Below the pieces are notes generated by a model that did not search any database, had not been told where the DNA came from, and saw nothing but the letters and a program-made list of their open reading frames with translations. From positions 14,860 through 78,859 of the forward strand of contig CACDSN010000004.1 in assembly GCA_902555465.1 (NCBI GenBank): a stretch of DNA of 64,000 nucleotides, in the 5' to 3' direction. This document shows positions 31,464 to 41,514 of this stretch, one piece after another. This DNA is from an uncultured Pelagibacteraceae bacterium. Lineage in GTDB: Bacteria > Pseudomonadota > Alphaproteobacteria > Pelagibacterales > Pelagibacteraceae. Every line of letters begins with the position of its first letter. Within the stretch, counting starts at the first letter, position 1. The position numbers and the translations under genes are program-made.

Positions 31464-32755
31464 TATTTAAAAACTCTATTAAAAATAAAATTAACATTTT
31501 TAAAGTGTCCTGAGTAATTAAAAATTGATCTTAATTTCCTTTCACTAATAACACTCATAATTTTCTTATCTTTAGATATTAAATCAAATAAATTTTTATT
31601 TTCAGAGAAACATCTTTTTGCATAAGTTTGTACAATTTTGTAGGATTTTTCTCTAGTTATTCCAGCTTTTGTAAGCTCCAACATGACTTCTTGGGAAAAT
31701 ATCAACCCTTTTGTTAAATTTAGGTTTTGAGTCATTTTTTTTGGGTAAACAATCATCTTATCTAATAGATTAGCTAGTCTTACTAATGCAAAATCCAATG
31801 TAATATTAGCATCTGGTCCGATGTTTCTCTCCACGCTAGAGTGAGATATATCTCTCTCGTGCCACAAGGCTATATTTTCAAGTGCTGGAATAGTATGACT
31901 TCTCACTATTCTGGCGAGTCCAGTTAGATTTTCACTTAATATTGGATTCTTTTTATGCGGCATTGCTGAAGAACCTTTTTGATCTTTTGAAAAAAATTCT
32001 TGTAATTCATAAACTTCTGATCTTTGTAAATGTCTTATTTCTGTTGCAATTCTTTCAATACTTCCTGCTATAATGCCCAAAACTGAGAAATAATGCGCAT
32101 GTCTATCTCTAGGTATTATTTGAGTAGAAATTGGCTCTGGATATAATTTCATTTTTTTTGCAACATAACTTTCAATTTTAGGATCAATATTTGCAAAAGT
32201 TCCAACTGCGCCTGATATTGCACATGTAGAAATATCAAAAATTGCACTAGAAAGTCTTTTCTTGTTTCTTTTAAATTCCTCATAGAATGAAGCAAGCTTT
32301 AAACCAAAAGTAATTGGTTCTGCGTGAATTCCATGGCTTCTACCTATGCAAGGTGTAAATTTGTGTTTCTTAGCTTGTTTTTTTAAAACAGATAATATTT
32401 TATCAATATCTTTTAATAAAATTTCTCCAGATTGTTTTAGTTGAACATTGAATGCGGTATCCAGAACATCAGAAGAGGTCATACCTTGATGAAGGTATCT
32501 TGCTTTAATACCAGCTTGTTCAGTAATTGAAGTTAAAAATGCTATTACATCATGTTTTACTTTTGCTTCAATATCATGAATCCGTTTAACCTTTATTTTT
32601 GCTTTTCTTCTTACTACCGATGCAACACCTTTTGGTATAAATTTATATTTTTCCATTGCTTGAGCTGCAGCAATTTCAATATCTAGCCAAATTTTATATT
32701 TATTTTCTTCAGACCAAATGGCTTTAAGTTCTTTTCTTGAATATCTATCAATCAT
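31463..32755 (-). CDS. purB: Adenylosuccinate lyase
   Basis: [34 protein letters not shown]. Confidence 0.97.
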   Translation of the reverse strand: MIDRYSRKELKAIWSEENKYKIWLDIEIAAAQAMEKYKFIPKGVASVVRRKAKIKVKRIHDIEAKVKHDVIAFLTSITEQAGIKARYLHQGMTSSDVLDTAFNVQLKQSGEILLKDIDKILSVLKKQAKKHKFTPCIGRSHGIHAEPITFGLKLASFYEEFKRNKKRLSSAIFDISTCAISGAVGTFANIDPKIESYVAKKMKLYPEPISTQIIPRDRHAHYFSVLGIIAGSIERIATEIRHLQRSEVYELQEFFSKDQKGSSAMPHKKNPILSENLTGLARIVRSHTIPALENIALWHERDISHSSVERNIGPDANITLDFALVRLANLLDKMIVYPKKMTQNLNLTKGLIFSQEVMLELTKAGITREKSYKIVQTYAKRCFSENKNLFDLISKDKKIMSVISERKLRSIFNYSGHFKNVNFIFNRVFK

Positions 32756-32757
32756 TA

Positions 32758-33525
32758 TTAATAGGGGGGTTTATTATATCCTTTAACAGATTCTGTGAAA
32801 ATTTCATATCCATTTTCAGTAATTCCAACAGTATGTTCAAATTGTGCAGATAAAGACTTGTCTTTAGTCACGGCTGTCCACCCATCATTTAAAATTTTAA
32901 CATCATATTTTCCTGCATTTATCATTGGTTCAATTGTAAAAGTCATGCCAGGGTAAATTTTTAAACCAGTATTTTTTTTTCCATAATGTAAAATATTGGG
33001 AGATTCATGGAATGTGTTGCTAATTCCATGACCACAGAAATCTCTAACCACTGAATAACCTTTATTCTCAACAAAAGTTTGTATCTCATTACCTATGTCA
33101 CCTAACTTAATGCCAGGTTTTAAAATTTTTATTGCATTCATCATTGAGTCGTATGTAGCATTAATCAAATTGCTCGCCTTTACAGATGCATTTCCTATCG
33201 TAAACATTCTACTTGTATCTCCGTAATATTCATTAACAACTGCAGTAACATCTACATTTACTACATCGCCATCTTCTAAAATACGATCAGACGGAATTCC
33301 ATGACAAACAACATGATTTAAAGAAGTACAAAGAGATTTCTTAAATCCTCTGTAATACTGAGGTGCTGAATAACCACCATTATCTTTTATAAAATCGAAA
33401 GCCAATAGATCTATTTTACTTGTAGAAATTCCTGGTTTTATGAAATCAGTTAACATATCCAATGTTCTTGACGCAAGATTTCCTGCAATTCTCATTTTTT
33501 CAAATTTTTCTTTATATTTAGTCAT
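32758..33525 (-). CDS. map: Type I methionine aminopeptidase
   Basis: CHGIP, DVT, GDTSRM, GHGI, TIEPMIN, QFEHT. Confidence 0.96.
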   Translation of the reverse strand: MTKYKEKFEKMRIAGNLASRTLDMLTDFIKPGISTSKIDLLAFDFIKDNGGYSAPQYYRGFKKSLCTSLNHVVCHGIPSDRILEDGDVVNVDVTAVVNEYYGDTSRMFTIGNASVKASNLINATYDSMMNAIKILKPGIKLGDIGNEIQTFVENKGYSVVRDFCGHGISNTFHESPNILHYGKKNTGLKIYPGMTFTIEPMINAGKYDVKILNDGWTAVTKDKSLSAQFEHTVGITENGYEIFTESVKGYNKPPY

Positions 33526-34204
33526 GAACAATTTTTATTTTTTTTTCTATAACAATTTCTTTTGAATTTAATTTGCATCTATACGCAATAAATTTTAAGC
33601 CTTTTTTATTAGCTTCAATAAAATTGTTATAATAATCCGAATCTATATCTTTTGCTATTCTAAATTTAGAAATTTTTTCAATTTGTATTAAAAATAAAAC
33701 ATATGGTTTAAAACCATGCTTAATTGACTCAGTTAATTTTTTAAGGTGTTTTGATCCTCTAGAAGTCACAGAATCTGGGAATTCTGCTACATTGCCATTT
33801 CTATTAAGAGTCACGTTTTTTACCTCAATTAAATATTTATCACATAAAAAATCGAACCTGGTGTCTTCAGAATATTTAAACTCTGCTTTGATATTTTTTA
33901 TTGAGGAAAATTCTTTTAATAATTTATTTTGCAAACCATGCTCTACTATACGATTTGCTCTATGAGTATTTACACCAACCATTTTCTTTTTCGATTTAAT
34001 CATTTCTAGTGTAAATTTTAACTTTCTTTTTGGGTCATCTGCTTTAGAAATCCAAACATCATTGCCTTTGTTAAGTAAACCAAGCATTGATCCTGTGTTG
34101 GGGCAGTGACTTAAGACAACTTTATTATTTACTTCAATATCTGCAAAAAATCTTTTATATCTTTTAATTAATTTGCCTTTAATTAAACTGCTGGTAAATT
34201 TCAT
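33518..34204 (-). CDS. sfsA: SfsA family nuclease-like protein
   Basis: RYKRFFAD, HCPNTGSM, EVKNVT, FPDSVTSRGSKHL. Confidence 0.94.
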   Translation of the reverse strand: MKFTSSLIKGKLIKRYKRFFADIEVNNKVVLSHCPNTGSMLGLLNKGNDVWISKADDPKRKLKFTLEMIKSKKKMVGVNTHRANRIVEHGLQNKLLKEFSSIKNIKAEFKYSEDTRFDFLCDKYLIEVKNVTLNRNGNVAEFPDSVTSRGSKHLKKLTESIKHGFKPYVLFLIQIEKISKFRIAKDIDSDYYNNFIEANKKGLKFIAYRCKLNSKEIVIEKKIKIVHD

Positions 34205-34226
34205 TTTAATTTATTTATAATAAGAA

Positions 34227-34979
34227 ATGACAAATAAGAAAGAAATAAGTGCTGGAATTATAATAATTGGTAATGAAGTTTTATCAGGAAGAACAAAGGA
34301 TATTAATACTAGTACTTTAGCTAAGTGGTTAAATAAACTAGGTATTGAAGTGAAGGAAGTGAGAATAGTTCCTGATGATGAAATTGCAATAATTCACACA
34401 GTAAATTTCTTAAGAGAAAGATTTAACTATATTTTTACGACAGGAGGTATCGGACCAACACATGACGATATTACAGCAGAATCAATTTCAAAAGCTTTCA
34501 AATTAGATTATGGTTTTCACAAAGAAGCTTTTTCAATTCTGGAAAAATATTATAAACCTGGAGAATTCAATGAGGGAAGACAAAAAATGGCTAAGATGCC
34601 AACTACAGCAAAGTTAATTTTAAATCCGACAAGTGGCGCTCCTGGATTTTATGTACAGAATGTATTTTGCTTACCTGGAGTTCCATCTATCCTTCAATCA
34701 ATGATCGGTGGTTTAAATAACATTTTAACGGGTGGAGATCCCATTTTAAATAAAACCATTAACTTAAGAACGGTTGAAAGCGAAATAGCAAAGTCTATCA
34801 CTGAAATTCAAAAAAATAATATTGATGTTGAGATTGGCAGCTATCCCTTTTTCAGAGCAGGAAAACTTGGAGTATCAATAGTTGTTAGATCACCAAATAA
34901 AGAGAAAATTGACGTCTGTGAAGCAGAAATATTACAATTTGTAAAATCTAAAGGTATAGAAATTGTTGAGGATGTTTAA
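34227..34979 (+). CDS. CinA-like molybdopterin-binding-domain protein (COG1058)
   Basis: IGNEVLSG, TTGGIGPTHDDIT, LPGVP, GSYP. Confidence 0.9.
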   Translation: MTNKKEISAGIIIIGNEVLSGRTKDINTSTLAKWLNKLGIEVKEVRIVPDDEIAIIHTVNFLRERFNYIFTTGGIGPTHDDITAESISKAFKLDYGFHKEAFSILEKYYKPGEFNEGRQKMAKMPTTAKLILNPTSGAPGFYVQNVFCLPGVPSILQSMIGGLNNILTGGDPILNKTINLRTVESEIAKSITEIQKNNIDVEIGSYPFFRAGKLGVSIVVRSPNKEKIDVCEAEILQFVKSKGIEIVEDV

Positions 34980-35386
34980 TGCTATATTTTGCTTACGGTA
35001 GTAATTTAAATCACTTTCAAATGAAAAGAAGATGTAAAGACTCTTTTTTCTTAAAAAAATATGAACTTAAAAACTATAAACTAAATTTTAGAAGCAAGTA
35101 TAGAGCTGCAGATATTGAAAGAAAAAAAAACTCAATAGTACCAGGTGGATTATTTGAAATTTCAAAAAGTGACGAGAAAAAATTAGACATCTATGAAGAT
35201 TATCCGACTTTGTATTCAAAAATTTATTTTAAATATTACAACAAAAAAGTTATGACATATATAATGAATAAGAAAACAAAGTTTAGATATCCAACTGAAA
35301 GATATTTAAATGTTATAAAACAGGGATATAAAGATTGTGATTTAGATAAATCATATTTAATTAAAGCATTAAATCCAATTAAGTAA
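34979..35386 (+). CDS. Gamma-glutamylcyclotransferase family protein
   Basis: YFAYGSNL, LDIYE (catalytic Glu position), P..RYL. Confidence 0.87.
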   Translation: MLYFAYGSNLNHFQMKRRCKDSFFLKKYELKNYKLNFRSKYRAADIERKKNSIVPGGLFEISKSDEKKLDIYEDYPTLYSKIYFKYYNKKVMTYIMNKKTKFRYPTERYLNVIKQGYKDCDLDKSYLIKALNPIK

Positions 35387-36076
35387 ATGTACAGTAAATA
35401 TAATACTTTTTTTAAAGGTGTAGCAGATGTTTTGCCTTTAATGATACCAGTTGTACCATTTGGTATTATTTTTGGCGCAATTGGTATTGAATTAGGATTT
35501 GGTCCATATGTAACATTTGCAACATCTATAATTATTTTTAGTGGTGCAAGTCAAATTGTAATTATACAATTATTATCTGCAGGCGCATCATCAATTGTAG
35601 CAATTACATCATCATCAGTTGTTAGCACTAGGCATTTATTATATGGAGCAGTTTTAAATCAATATTTATTTCATCTTTCAATTTATTGGAAGATAGGATT
35701 ATCCTATTTGCTTACAGATCAAGCTTTTGCTGTTTCAAACGAATATTTTATAAAAAATAATGATAATAATTTTAAACATTACCATCTAGTTGGATCCGGT
35801 TTGACATTATGGATTATTTGGCAGGTTACTACAATTTTAGGAATATTTTTGGGATCAATCGTTCCAGAAGAGCTTGGTCTAACTTTTACAATACCTTTAA
35901 CTTTTTTAGCTTTATTAGTTAATTATCTTAGAAAAATTGATCACTTGATTGTAATAATTTTATCTGGAACATCATCAATTTTATTTTTTGATATTCCATT
36001 TAAGGCATACATAATTATAGCAAGCATGATCGCATTGTTTGGTGCAGCAATTTTAATTAAATTTAATAAACGATGA
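35387..36076 (+). CDS. azlC: AzlC family amino-acid exporter, large subunit
   Basis: FSGASQ, RHLLYG, LTDQAFA. Confidence 0.88.
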   Translation: MYSKYNTFFKGVADVLPLMIPVVPFGIIFGAIGIELGFGPYVTFATSIIIFSGASQIVIIQLLSAGASSIVAITSSSVVSTRHLLYGAVLNQYLFHLSIYWKIGLSYLLTDQAFAVSNEYFIKNNDNNFKHYHLVGSGLTLWIIWQVTTILGIFLGSIVPEELGLTFTIPLTFLALLVNYLRKIDHLIVIILSGTSSILFFDIPFKAYIIIASMIALFGAAILIKFNKR

Positions 36077-36390
36077 GTATTTGGATTCCTATAATTTTAG
36101 CAGGTTTAATAAACTATTTAACAAGATTGGGATCAATACTTATTATCAACCCTAATAAAATGAATGCCACAACCAAACAAATTTTAAATTATGTACCCTC
36201 AGCAGTATTTCCAGCAATAATATTTCCATCTGTTTTTTTAGATCAAGATTCAAATATTATTCATTTTACAGATCCTAAGATAATAGCATTTTCTGTAGCT
36301 TTTTTAGTTGGAATTTTTACTAAGAATTTAATTGTAACAATTTTTTCTGGCTTACTTACATTTTGGTTTATAATTTTTTTTATAACCTAG
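36073..36390 (+). CDS. azlD: AzlD family small subunit
   Basis: Small hydrophobic protein, YLTR and YVP motifs, overlaps azlC. Confidence 0.8.
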   Translation: MSIWIPIILAGLINYLTRLGSILIINPNKMNATTKQILNYVPSAVFPAIIFPSVFLDQDSNIIHFTDPKIIAFSVAFLVGIFTKNLIVTIFSGLLTFWFIIFFIT

Positions 36391-36986
36391 TAAATTTTAA
36401 ATATTTTTAATGATCTATCATTGCTTGCAACCAAGGAATATAAAATTTTATAATTTTTTGGAAATTTAAATTTCTTTAAATTCACAGTAATTAAGTACTT
36501 CTTATCTAGTTTAATTTTATTTAATTTATTTAAAAACTTTATTAAATCATTTTTTTGTTTAAAAGGGTCAATCAAAATATAACAATTAGATTTAAGTTTG
36601 CTTAAATCAAATTTAAATACATCTGCACAATACAATTTTACTTTTGCACTTTTTTTCTTTACTGATGATCGAAAAACTTCCTTGTCATATTCTATCCCGT
36701 AAGATCTTATATTATTTTTTTTACTCAAGAAATTAACTACCCTTCCATATCCAGAGCCTATATCAACAAAAGATTTAATATTTTCTTTTTTAAGAAATTT
36801 TGAGATTTCATGTAGAAAAAAATATACACATGGAACTGTATCTGTTCTTTTAGAATTATTATGAACTTTAATTTTTGGTAAAAATTCATAGAATTTTGCA
36901 GAATAAATAATTTCAAAAAAAAGAACTTTCAAAAAAATTCTATGGTAAGCTCTTACAAAGTTAAAAAAATAATTACTTTTATTCAT
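36387..36986 (-). CDS. Class I SAM-dependent methyltransferase
   Basis: FVDIGSGYGRV, GIEYD, xDPF. Confidence 0.78.
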   Translation of the reverse strand: MNKSNYFFNFVRAYHRIFLKVLFFEIIYSAKFYEFLPKIKVHNNSKRTDTVPCVYFFLHEISKFLKKENIKSFVDIGSGYGRVVNFLSKKNNIRSYGIEYDKEVFRSSVKKKSAKVKLYCADVFKFDLSKLKSNCYILIDPFKQKNDLIKFLNKLNKIKLDKKYLITVNLKKFKFPKNYKILYSLVASNDRSLKIFKIY

Positions 36987-37064
36987 ATAATTTGATTTTA
37001 ATGTAGAGTATTAAACAAAAATGTGTATCTTGTCTGGAAAATTTTATATAATAAATAAGTATTG

Positions 37065-38276
37065 ATGAAAATCCCAAAAACAATAAAAATCAAGCGTTGT
37101 AGGCTTTGTAAAAATAAAAAACTAAAGCAAATTTATAATTTTGGAAATCATTATGTCAGCAACTTTGTTAAAAAGTCATCGATAAAAAAAGGTGTCAAAG
37201 CTCCTCTTAATCTTGTTTATTGTAAAAAATGCCAACTTCTTCAATTAGAACATTCTGCCCCTCAAGAAATAATGTACAAAAAACATTACTGGTACAAATC
37301 TGGAATTACAAAAACAATGAGAGATGGTCTCAAAGAGTTGTACATTGATATAAAAAAAAATTGCAAAATAAAATCAGGAGATGTTATTTTGGACATTGGT
37401 GCCAATGATGGAACTCTTTTAAAATATTTTAAAAAGGATCGAATAATTACAATTGGTTGTGAGCCTGCTAAAAATTTAAAAGATGAGTTAAAGAAAAATT
37501 GTCATTATATGATTAATGATTTTTGGCATACTAAACATTTAAAAAAAATTCCTTTAAAATATCAAAAACTAAAAGTTGTATCCGCCATTGGTATGTTTTA
37601 TGACTTAGAGGACCCCTCTGAATTTATTAAACATGCAGCTGAGGCATTGGATGATGATGGTATTTTTGTTGCACAATTAATGTGTTCACATTCTATGTTC
37701 AAAACAAATGATTTAGGCAACATTTGTCATGAACATTTAGAATATTATTCTTACAACTCATTAAAATATTTATTTGAAAAAAATGGCTTAAAAATTTTTA
37801 AAATGAGTGAAAACAAAATTAATGGAGGGTCTTATAGAATATATTGTAAAAAAAATATTAAGAAGTCTATAAAATATAAAGAAAAAGCTAATTACAGTGA
37901 AATAATTAAATTTGTAAAAAGGGTAAAAAGAAATAAGCAAACAACCTTAAAAATTTTTAAACAAAGCAAAAAACAAGGAAAAAAGATCTTTCTTTATGGT
38001 GCATCAACTAAAGGAAATACTCTTTTACAATATTATGGATTAACGAATAAAGAAATTCCATTTGCTTCTGAAAGAACAAAAACTAAATGGGGAAAATATA
38101 CTATTGGATCTGGTGTAAAAATATTATCAGAGGAAAATGCAAGAAAACTAAATCCTGATTATTTCTTCGTTATGCCCTATGGATTTATTAATGAATTCAT
38201 CGAACGAGAAAAAAAATGGCTTAAAAACGGAGGAAAGTTTATATTACCATATCCAAAGTTTAAAATATTAAGATAG
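37065..38276 (+). CDS. NDP-hexose C-methyltransferase (TcaB9/NovU-like, Zn-binding)
   Basis: CRLC...CKKC.LLQL, LDIGANDGT, HEH, NGGS, YGASTKGNT. Confidence 0.85.
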   Translation: MKIPKTIKIKRCRLCKNKKLKQIYNFGNHYVSNFVKKSSIKKGVKAPLNLVYCKKCQLLQLEHSAPQEIMYKKHYWYKSGITKTMRDGLKELYIDIKKNCKIKSGDVILDIGANDGTLLKYFKKDRIITIGCEPAKNLKDELKKNCHYMINDFWHTKHLKKIPLKYQKLKVVSAIGMFYDLEDPSEFIKHAAEALDDDGIFVAQLMCSHSMFKTNDLGNICHEHLEYYSYNSLKYLFEKNGLKIFKMSENKINGGSYRIYCKKNIKKSIKYKEKANYSEIIKFVKRVKRNKQTTLKIFKQSKKQGKKIFLYGASTKGNTLLQYYGLTNKEIPFASERTKTKWGKYTIGSGVKILSEENARKLNPDYFFVMPYGFINEFIEREKKWLKNGGKFILPYPKFKILR

Positions 38277-38285
38277 AATTAAAAA

Positions 38286-39272
38286 ATGAAAAAAAAGAAA
38301 GCATTAGTTCTTGGAGCAACTGGACAAGATGGATCTTATATGATCGATCTCCTTTTGAAAAAAAATTATGAAGTGCATGGTTTATATAGAAAATCTTCTG
38401 TTGGAAATACAAGTAATATTGATCACTTAATTTATGAAAATAAAATTTTTAATAAACGTTTTTTTCTTCATAAAGGTGATTTATTAGACACTGTATCTTT
38501 AAATAATATTATAAATTCTACTAATCCAAATGAAATTTATAATTTTGCAGATCAAGATCACGTAGGGTGGAGCTATGAAATACCATCATATTCTTTTAGA
38601 ACAACAGCATTATCTGTAATAGAAATATTTGAAATACTGAGAAAAAATAAAAAAAAAATTAAATACTTTCAACCTATATCATCAAACATATTTGGAGAAA
38701 CAAACAATTTTAAGCAAAATGAAAAAACAGTACCTGAGCCAAATAGTATATATGCTTTAGCAAAAACCACAGCTTTATATGCGTCTAAAATGTATTCCAA
38801 AGTTTACAATTTACATATTTGTGGAGCAATTTTTTATAATCATGAATCTCCAAAAAGACATATTGATTATGTATCTAAAAAAATTGTTCAAAATGTTTGC
38901 GAAATATTACATGGAAAAAGAAAGTATATATATCTAGGTAATATAAAATCTAAAATTGACTGGGGATATGCCAAAGAATATGTCGAGTATGCTTGGAAAA
39001 TTATGCAAAAGAAAAAACCAGATTTTTATGTAATTGGAACTGGCAAAAACAATTCTGTAGAATATTTCGTTAAAAAATGTTTTGAGTATGTTGGATTAAA
39101 TTATAAAAACCATATTAAAATTGACAAAAATCTTTTCAGACCTTCAAAAACTAGAAATCTTTTAGCTGATACTTCTAAAGCAAAGAAAGATTTGAATTTC
39201 AAAATACAAACGAATTTAGATGATCTTATAAAAATTATGATGGATGATGAGTTAAAAAAATACAATGGATAA
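38286..39272 (+). CDS. GDP-mannose 4,6-dehydratase-like SDR (atypical active site)
   Basis: GATGQDGSY, YALAK, YNHESP, DWGYAKEY; QPISSNIFG in place of QASTSELYG. Confidence 0.85.
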   Translation: MKKKKALVLGATGQDGSYMIDLLLKKNYEVHGLYRKSSVGNTSNIDHLIYENKIFNKRFFLHKGDLLDTVSLNNIINSTNPNEIYNFADQDHVGWSYEIPSYSFRTTALSVIEIFEILRKNKKKIKYFQPISSNIFGETNNFKQNEKTVPEPNSIYALAKTTALYASKMYSKVYNLHICGAIFYNHESPKRHIDYVSKKIVQNVCEILHGKRKYIYLGNIKSKIDWGYAKEYVEYAWKIMQKKKPDFYVIGTGKNNSVEYFVKKCFEYVGLNYKNHIKIDKNLFRPSKTRNLLADTSKAKKDLNFKIQTNLDDLIKIMMDDELKKYNG

Positions 39273-39960
39273 AAAAATCTCAATTATTTTATCCACATAC
39301 AATGAAGCAACAATAATTAAAGAATCAATTAATAAAATATTTTCAACTATAAAAAATGTTGAAGTGGTAGTGGTAGATGATAATTCAAATGACGGAACTT
39401 TTGAAATTATAAATTCTATTGAGAATAAAAATTTAAAAGTTTTTTCACGTAAATCTAGAGGTTTGGCATCAGCCTTTTTGCTTGGCATGATTAATACAGA
39501 CGGTGATTATGTTGGATGGACTGACTCGAACATGCCGCAACTCACTCATCATTTTAAAGAAATGATCAATAAATTAGACAGTTATGATATTATATTACTT
39601 TCTAGATATATTGATGGAGGAGGTGATAAAAGATCCAAAATGAGAATTTTATCTAGTAAAATTATTAATTTAATTTGTAGACTTTTTCTCGGAAATGAAA
39701 TCAAAGACTATACTAGTAGTATATTTTTAATGAAGAGAAGCGTTTTAACCTATGGCGTTCCAATCGCTTATGGACATGGAGAATTCTTCATTGAATTTTT
39801 ATATAAAATTAAAAAAAATGGAATGAAGGTATATGAAATACCATATGTGCAACCTCCCGATGTTGAGGGAAGCAAGACAGCTTCTAGTATTATTCGTTTT
39901 TTTACTTTAGGATTAAGTTATTTGATAAGAATATTAATAATAAGATTTAGAAAAAACTAA
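39265..39960 (+). CDS. GT2 glycosyltransferase, DPM1/polyprenyl-phosphate glycosyltransferase-like
   Basis: STYNE, VDDNSNDGT, RGLASA, SRYIDGG, DYTS, YEIPY. Confidence 0.85.
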   Translation: MDKKISIILSTYNEATIIKESINKIFSTIKNVEVVVVDDNSNDGTFEIINSIENKNLKVFSRKSRGLASAFLLGMINTDGDYVGWTDSNMPQLTHHFKEMINKLDSYDIILLSRYIDGGGDKRSKMRILSSKIINLICRLFLGNEIKDYTSSIFLMKRSVLTYGVPIAYGHGEFFIEFLYKIKKNGMKVYEIPYVQPPDVEGSKTASSIIRFFTLGLSYLIRILIIRFRKN

Positions 39961-39961
39961 A

Positions 39962-40393
39962 ATGATTGAAAGAATTTATCACCAAAAAAAATTATACGCA
40001 TTAATTGTAAGAAGCAAATACAAGAAAAAAAAAGGTATAAGTTTTTTTACTGATAAAAATGCAACTCAACAATTTGGTTATATGAACCATAAAAAAAATC
40101 ATATAATTTTACCTCACAGACATAACAAACGACATTCAAAAATAGATATTACAACAGAAGTAATAATTATTTTAGATGGAATTTTAAGAGTTGATTTTTA
40201 TAATAATAAAGAAAAATACCTTTTTAGTAAAAAACTGTATTCCAATGATTTAATTATGTTATCAAATGGTGGTCACGGCTTTAAGGTTTTAAAAGATGTT
40301 AAAATGATTGAAGTTAAGCAGGGTCCATATTCTTTGTCAAAAGATAAGGTCAAATTTGAAAAGGCAAATGAAACAAAGATTAAAATTAAATAA
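39962..40393 (+). CDS. Cupin-fold protein (WbuC-like, sugar-pathway associated)
   Basis: PHRH...EVI...GGHGF...EVKQGPY. Confidence 0.7.
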   Translation: MIERIYHQKKLYALIVRSKYKKKKGISFFTDKNATQQFGYMNHKKNHIILPHRHNKRHSKIDITTEVIIILDGILRVDFYNNKEKYLFSKKLYSNDLIMLSNGGHGFKVLKDVKMIEVKQGPYSLSKDKVKFEKANETKIKIK

Positions 40394-41504
40394 AAAACAA
40401 TTTATACCCGTAAGTAAACCAGAAGTATCAAAAAATGATATTAAATCTATCAATAAAGTTTTAAATAAAAGTTGGATATCGTCTGATGGTCCTGAGGTAA
40501 AAATATTTGAAAAAAATTTTTCAAAATTTATAAAACGTAAATATTCTATAGCTGTGTCTAATGGTACTGCAGCACTGGAAATAGCGATAAAAGCATTAGA
40601 TATTAAAAAAAATGATGAAGTAATAATTCCAGATTTTACAATTATTTCTAATGCATTAGCTGTAATTAAACAACACGCAAAGCCAGTTCTTGTTGATTGT
40701 GATCTATTGTCGTGGAACATGAAAATTAGTGAAATTGAAAAAAAAATTACCAAAAAAACAAAAGCTTTACTAATTACTCATATTTACTCATTTTCAAATG
40801 ACATGGATAAGATTTTAAAAATATGTAGAAAACACAAAATTTTTCTAATTGAAGATGCTGCTGAAGTTATTGGTTTAAAATATAAAAATAAATACTGTGG
40901 ATCTTTTGGCGACATCAGTACATTTAGTTTTTATGCAAATAAACAAATTACAACGGGTGAAGGTGGCATGATTTCAACAAATAATTTTAAACTTTACAAA
41001 AAATGTAGTTCTCTGAGAAATTTGTGCTTTGGTAAAAAACAAAGATTTAACCATAGTGATATAGGATGGAATTATAGAATGACCAATATACAAGCCACCC
41101 TAGGTATTAGCCAATTAAAAAGAATAAATTCTACGGTTAAGAGAAAAATGTATATTGGGAATTATTATTTTAAAAAATTATCTAATAACAAGAGTCTCTA
41201 TATGACTCCCCCACAAATAAACCAATTCAAAAATATTTATTGGGTAGTAGGAATTGTGATTAAAAACAAAAAAGTTTTAGCAAGTCAAATTATAAAAAAA
41301 TTATCAAAATACGGCATAGGAGCAAGACCTTTTTTTTGGCCAATGCACGAGCAAGATATTTTTAAAAAAATGAAAATTTTTAAAAAACAAAATTATCCAA
41401 ACTCATCGTATTTGGGTCGCTATGGATTTTATATACCATCATTTTTAAAAATAAAAGACTCTGAAATGAATTATGTAGTTTCAGTAATTAACAAATTATT
41501 TTAA
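40368..41504 (+). CDS. DegT/DnrJ/EryC1/StrS aminotransferase, perosamine synthase-like (start uncertain)
   Basis: SNGTAAL, IEDAAE, FSFYANKQITTGEGG (PLP Lys), GWNYRMTN. Confidence 0.9.
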   Translation: MKQRLKLNKKQFIPVSKPEVSKNDIKSINKVLNKSWISSDGPEVKIFEKNFSKFIKRKYSIAVSNGTAALEIAIKALDIKKNDEVIIPDFTIISNALAVIKQHAKPVLVDCDLLSWNMKISEIEKKITKKTKALLITHIYSFSNDMDKILKICRKHKIFLIEDAAEVIGLKYKNKYCGSFGDISTFSFYANKQITTGEGGMISTNNFKLYKKCSSLRNLCFGKKQRFNHSDIGWNYRMTNIQATLGISQLKRINSTVKRKMYIGNYYFKKLSNNKSLYMTPPQINQFKNIYWVVGIVIKNKKVLASQIIKKLSKYGIGARPFFWPMHEQDIFKKMKIFKKQNYPNSSYLGRYGFYIPSFLKIKDSEMNYVVSVINKLF

Positions 41505-41514
41505 TTTTTATTAA

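Noticed and set aside
33518..34204. SfsA nuclease as a defence system
   Set aside because: sfsA-map is a common alphaproteobacterial housekeeping pair; no methylase or other defence partner adjacent
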